In this document: positions 59,389-64,000 of the stretch, piece after piece | Layout of the letters: each line of letters starts with the position of its first letter | Position numbering within the stretch: position 1 is the stretch's first letter | Origin: Vicugna vicugna | Taxonomy: Eukaryota | Length of the DNA: 64,000 nt | Assembly (NCBI GenBank): GCA_013265495.1 | Contig: MU058791.1 | Coordinates: 248,001 to 312,000, forward strand | Direction of reading: 5' to 3' | Made by a program: the position numbers and the translations under genes | Notes under the pieces: generated by a model | What the model saw: only the letters and a program-made list of their open reading frames with translations | What the model was told of the DNA's origin: nothing | The model's database searches: none

Positions 59389-62300
59389 TTGGTGGTCTCA
59401 GGCTGAACGCTCCATCCTGGCCTTGCCGTGGCTTCTCTAACATGGTGACCAAGTGCAGAGCCTGTGTGGGCACTGAGGTTAGCCTGGGCCGCGTGGCCGG
59501 TCACCAGTGACCTGCCCTCTGGGCCATCCTGAGGCCTCACTGGAGATTTCAGGGCAGCAGTGTCTGTCATGCTCAAGAGAGTATCTCCTCCCTCGGGCAG
59601 GGTGCTCTGAAGCAGGGCTGGCGCGAGTTTGCCCTGAGGATCAGCTGTGGTGGGTCAGCCTCCATCAGCTCCCTTCAGCCTTTTGAAACAAGAGGAGTTT
59701 GGCGAGGGTCCACGCTCTGCCACGTGGTCTCCTGGAGACAGCACTTCAGACAGGAGCGTTCGTGAGTCTCCATCACCCCCAGGACTCGTGCATGGTCCAT
59801 GTGGATGAAGAACTCAGCGGGTTCCTCCCACCAAACCAATATGAAAATCTAGCCCAACATTTTGAAAAATATTTTAAATAGCCTTAAATTGCTTCTACTC
59901 CGTTTTTCTGTAATAGCAGCCTAGCACAGACCTGGAACGTTTCTGTATGAGTTTAAAGAAAACCAGCTCCAGTTGGCTTAAGTGAAAGGTGTTTATTATG
60001 AGAACCCTGGTTTATCTGAGCTAACCCAAGGGAAAAGTGAACAACCAAGATTCTCCTGGAGAGACAATCAGGTCCGTTCCTGGAATGTCATCCTAGGTTT
60101 TCAAGATCATCTTTCTAGGGTGTGACCATTGGTATAACCCAACCTCAGGTCTCACCCCCCACACCTCCATGTCTGTCTGTCTGTCTCTCCATCTCTCCCT
60201 CCCTCCTTCCCTCCCTCACTCCGTCTTTCCCTTCTCTTTTCCAAATATCAGATTCCAGGGACAGCAGAGGCCTGTCTTGGGTCAAGAGTTGTCCTTGGGT
60301 CAAGCAGACATGGTCAGACTGACATGGTAGAAACGTGACCCTTGGGGTGCCATCTTGGTGTTTCAGGAGCTGTGCCCAGAAAAGGGGGCGTCCTCTGTGA
60401 TCCTAGCACCCGACTCCACCCGAAGTTGTCTGCCCTATAGGCTTCTCAGAGGTGTGTTCACACTTAAATGTGAGTCAGGGGATTAAAAATGTATAGTCTT
60501 AAGCCTTGGAAAAGGAGAATTTCTCTTACACAGCAGAGGCGTCCAGAATTTGCCCTGTGTGGACTTTAAATTCTCAACACACTGTTACCTTACAGGGTGC
60601 CTTGTAAGGAGGGTCTCAGCCCCCAGAGAGAGATGCAGTGCATTCTGGGGGGTGACTTTTAGCAAGAAAGATTTGTTTTCATTTGTAACTGTTTTTCACC
60701 CTTTGTGAAATGCCTGGATAGTTTTGAATCCATACACGTAAATGACTGACAGTCACATGGCCTGAATGTGCTGGCCTTGACACTTCCTCTTGAAGCCTGG
60801 TCCTACCAGAATTGTCTGGGGCCAGCTGGGTAGAAAGCTGTCATCCAGGGCCTGTGTAACTTGGGAAGGAAGTAGCAGGACGGGGCCTGGGGAGGCTAGG
60901 GGTGGCCATGATGGCTGCCATCTTCCAGGACTCCAAGTGGTCAAAGAAAGAGCCCAAGAGAATTAAAATAAGACCGACTCTATGTTCAAGACGTCAGGAT
61001 GTTTTTGTAAGATACCAGTGAAATCTACTAAGGAAGGAATGCAGTCAAGGTGCACTTTGCATGGGTAGGAAATCTGACCCCCTTGACTGAAAACAACACC
61101 TGCTCTCCAAGCGAGTTCCAGAGAAGACCCCGCACAGACAGGCCTGACCCCCAGCCTCCTCTGCAGCCCCAGAGTCACGTTCTGCTCAGTGTTTCATGCT
61201 GAGGATCGTGACCACCTGTTTCTGCCCCTTTAAACCCGGGCCTAGACACAGGCAAACAAGCTTTCCTGGGTGTCTCTTCCTTTGGTTACAGCTGGCACTG
61301 CTGAGATTGCCCAGCACTAGGCTCTCACAAAGGCAGAAATCTACGTGGCGAGTTCCATGAATCCAGGTCCTTCAAGGGATACACAGTATTTTGCTCTCCA
61401 GAGCCCAGGGCTTCTGTCCAGTCCGTGTGGGTCCCTCCTGGGGGTCTGCCTTCCTAGTTTTTAGGTTGCTTCCACCATCTCTCACCTGCCAGGTGGAAGG
61501 AAGATGCTGGACATGAGCAACTAGTCCAAGAGAGAAAGGTCCTGTTTCCCCTCTGCGTTCCCTCCATCGCATCCATGATCTCACATCCATGGCTCTGGAG
61601 GGTGCCATCCTGCACCCCAGGGGATTGGCACCAAAGACAACCACGCTTTTCAGGCAAGATCTCACTTGTCCCTCTGCCCACTTTCTCATGGTCTCCAGTA
61701 GACTTGTTTGTTTCCAAACATAAATGGGAGCAACAGCAGTGACACGAGAGAGAGAGAGAGGTGCGCTCATGGTAGGAAAAGTGTTTCCCCCTGGCTCACC
61801 CTCATGACTGCCTAAGGCTGGCTTTTTGTTCTGATGTAACCATTGAAATAGATTGTGGCTCAAGCAAAGGTACCTCTCTTCTTTGAAGTATTTGCCAAAA
61901 GGCATTATCTACCCTCTTGCTAGATTAAAAAAATGGTACTCAGAGCCTCACACAGTCGGCAGTTCCTTGTGTGCCCATAAGCTTCCAGTTCACTTGTTCT
62001 GGAAATGTTAATTTAGCAGCTACTTTGTATACGTACATCTGAACCAACGAAATCTATCATGAAAATCATTTCATAAAAGAAGTGAAGTTAACATCATAAA
62101 ACACACAGGGAGGCATCATCTCAGAAGAAAGAACAGTCTTTTAAGTAAAAAATAAAGCCAGAACCCCCCAAACGCTTCCTCTCCTGTATTTTCTGATTCT
62201 GTCACTGACAGGTGAGAACCAGGGTTCTCTGACCCTGGTACTGAGAGCAGCTTTTGAGAAGGGCTGTTCCCTGGGGGTTCTCTTCTTTTTCTGACAACGA

Positions 62301-62804
62301 ACAGGGGTCCCCAGCAGCAAAGACTGGTCTTCACCCAACTGCCTACCAGAAAGTTTGGACTCTGGTCTTGTTTTTTTGGTTCCCTCTCACGTAGGGCATC
62401 TTTTCTGTTAGTGGTTTTCATTTTATTCACTCTTGGTTTCACTTTCCTCCTCTGTTAATTGTCCAGTTGGAAACAATCTCTGAGTCCCATGCTCTGATTT
62501 TATGGTTTCCTTTCCTTTTAGAGGAAAACAGACCTCTGCAACGTTGGGAGAGGTTGTGGCAGTACAATAACCCAAGACTGATAAACAACAACTGGGGTGT
62601 AGCCAGCCCATGACCGCTTTCCTAAAATACACTCTAATTTTCAAAATAAGCCAGGGCAAACACCAGTTTGGAGTCCCTGTAATAATATCATGTATATAAA
62701 ATTCCGGGAGATTTGGAGCTTGCAGCCTACTGACTTTCTAGTTGTCTCCGTTTATTCAGGGTTAGTGACGGAACACAGTGACATCGTCTTTGGTTACAGC
62801 CTGT

Positions 62805-62955
62805 GGTCCTGGACTCTGGCTGCATATTAAAACCATGGGAGCCCATTCTGGGTCAATTAAATCAGAATCTCTGGGGTCCGCAGTAGGGTCTGGACATGAG
62901 TATTTGAAAATGAATCTCCCAGGTGGCTTTAGTGCGGAGCCATGGTTGAAATCTC
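62805..62955. mobile_element. MER5B-like
   Basis: gactctggctgcatattaaaacc...caattaaatcagaatctctgggg...ctcccaggtggctttagtg. Confidence 0.7.
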
Positions 62956-64000
62956 CTCGGACCAGAATAACACACCCAGCAGGGAGGATAGGGCAGCGAG
63001 GGTTCTGTAGGAAGCGCAGGTGAGATGGCTTCTGTGAGAAATGATTCGTCTTTACGTATCATTTTAGAAAAATATGTTCGCCCTCCTTTTCTTATTCGAT
63101 GCTCAAGAATGAATACTTGGGTTTGCCTTAGCACCTCTGTAAGTTTTTCTAGATGTATGAGTCTGTCACCAGTAAACCCCAGAGATAAATGAGGGAACGG
63201 CTGGGCCATATAAAGGATGAGTTAGCCAAGATTTTTGCCTTCAAGCTCCTATTAATGGTGACATTTTTGTTGTTTTTTGAAGGCTGTATTTACATGCAGC
63301 TTTGCAGGAGAGTATGAATATTCAGGAAGGGAGTTCACATCTATGGAGTGTTGAAAGGAGTTAGTTTACAGCAAATCTGAAGGGAATATTCTCAAGAGGG
63401 TGGGGAAAAGCTTGGGCCATTCAGTACTTACTGCCATGGCAGGGCATCTAGGGACCACTGCTGCTTCTTGTCCCTTTGTGTCTCACGTGGGGTTGACTGC
63501 TTGCAAGGCATAGAGCTTGGCCAGATATGTGCCATGGTGACGGGGTGAGGGAGAATCCCATGGCTGGTCTGGCCCCCTGAACTTGTTAATAGTAATGATT
63601 AGACACGTTGACTGCAGACTTAGCTGCATCCCCAAGGGCTTTTAGTCACAGAATTTAAATAGGAGGCACACCCTTGAGAATTTCCAGGGAAACAAAGAGA
63701 AACCCTGCTCTCAAAAAGTGCCTGCTAATTGTTTGGGGATTTGCAGTAAATGCAGTCAGCATCAGGCAGGACCTCAAATCCCTCATCAAATCTAGTAAAT
63801 ATTGAGTCAGTGTTTGGGAGCTTGCTTTTGGTAATTGACAAACCAGGGGCTGTTGGTCTCCAAGAACTTCCTGTTTCGTGCACAGTGATCTCTCTCCCCA
63901 CTGCGGTGCACCTGCTCAGCCCGTTCTCACTGTGAAGAGAATGTTAGAGAGCAAGAAAGTTTTTCCATTGAACTGGCTATCCAAAAAAATAAATAAATAA

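Noticed and set aside
61372-61905. 177-aa minus-strand ORF
   Set aside because: No homology I recognise; the length is compatible with chance in 64 kb across six frames.

Overview
Mammalian, almost certainly camelid (Camelus/Vicugna) genomic DNA. It contains tRNA-Ala-derived SINEs with AT-rich then C-rich tails, artiodactyl-type Tigger1 deletion derivatives and artiodactyl L1 3' ends. I saw no Alu, BovB/Bov-tA or PRE-1. The whole window lies inside CAMK1D on the + strand. The only coding sequence I can support is the 132-bp exon 2 (39875-40006; [44 protein letters not shown]). It is flanked by the 3' ~40 kb of intron 1 and the 5' ~24 kb of intron 2. The rest is intronic sequence with interspersed repeats (L1, L2, MIR, hAT/Tigger MERs, MaLR, three ERV1 solo LTRs), microsatellites and three assembly gaps. 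None of the supplied long ORFs looks like a real gene. I found no CRISPR-like or otherwise clearly new multi-gene system. The best candidate for something undescribed is a compact CpG-rich, self-complementary element ~450-520 bp upstream of exon 2. It hides a consensus 5' splice site in a hairpin and carries a Kozak ATG. Other leads are a sense-oriented solo LTR in intron 1, a small CpG-rich island in intron 2, inverted L1-tail pairs that could form dsRNA, and two CTCF-like motifs. Repeat family names come from recalled consensus sequences, not a database search. Boundaries of old repeats are approximate.
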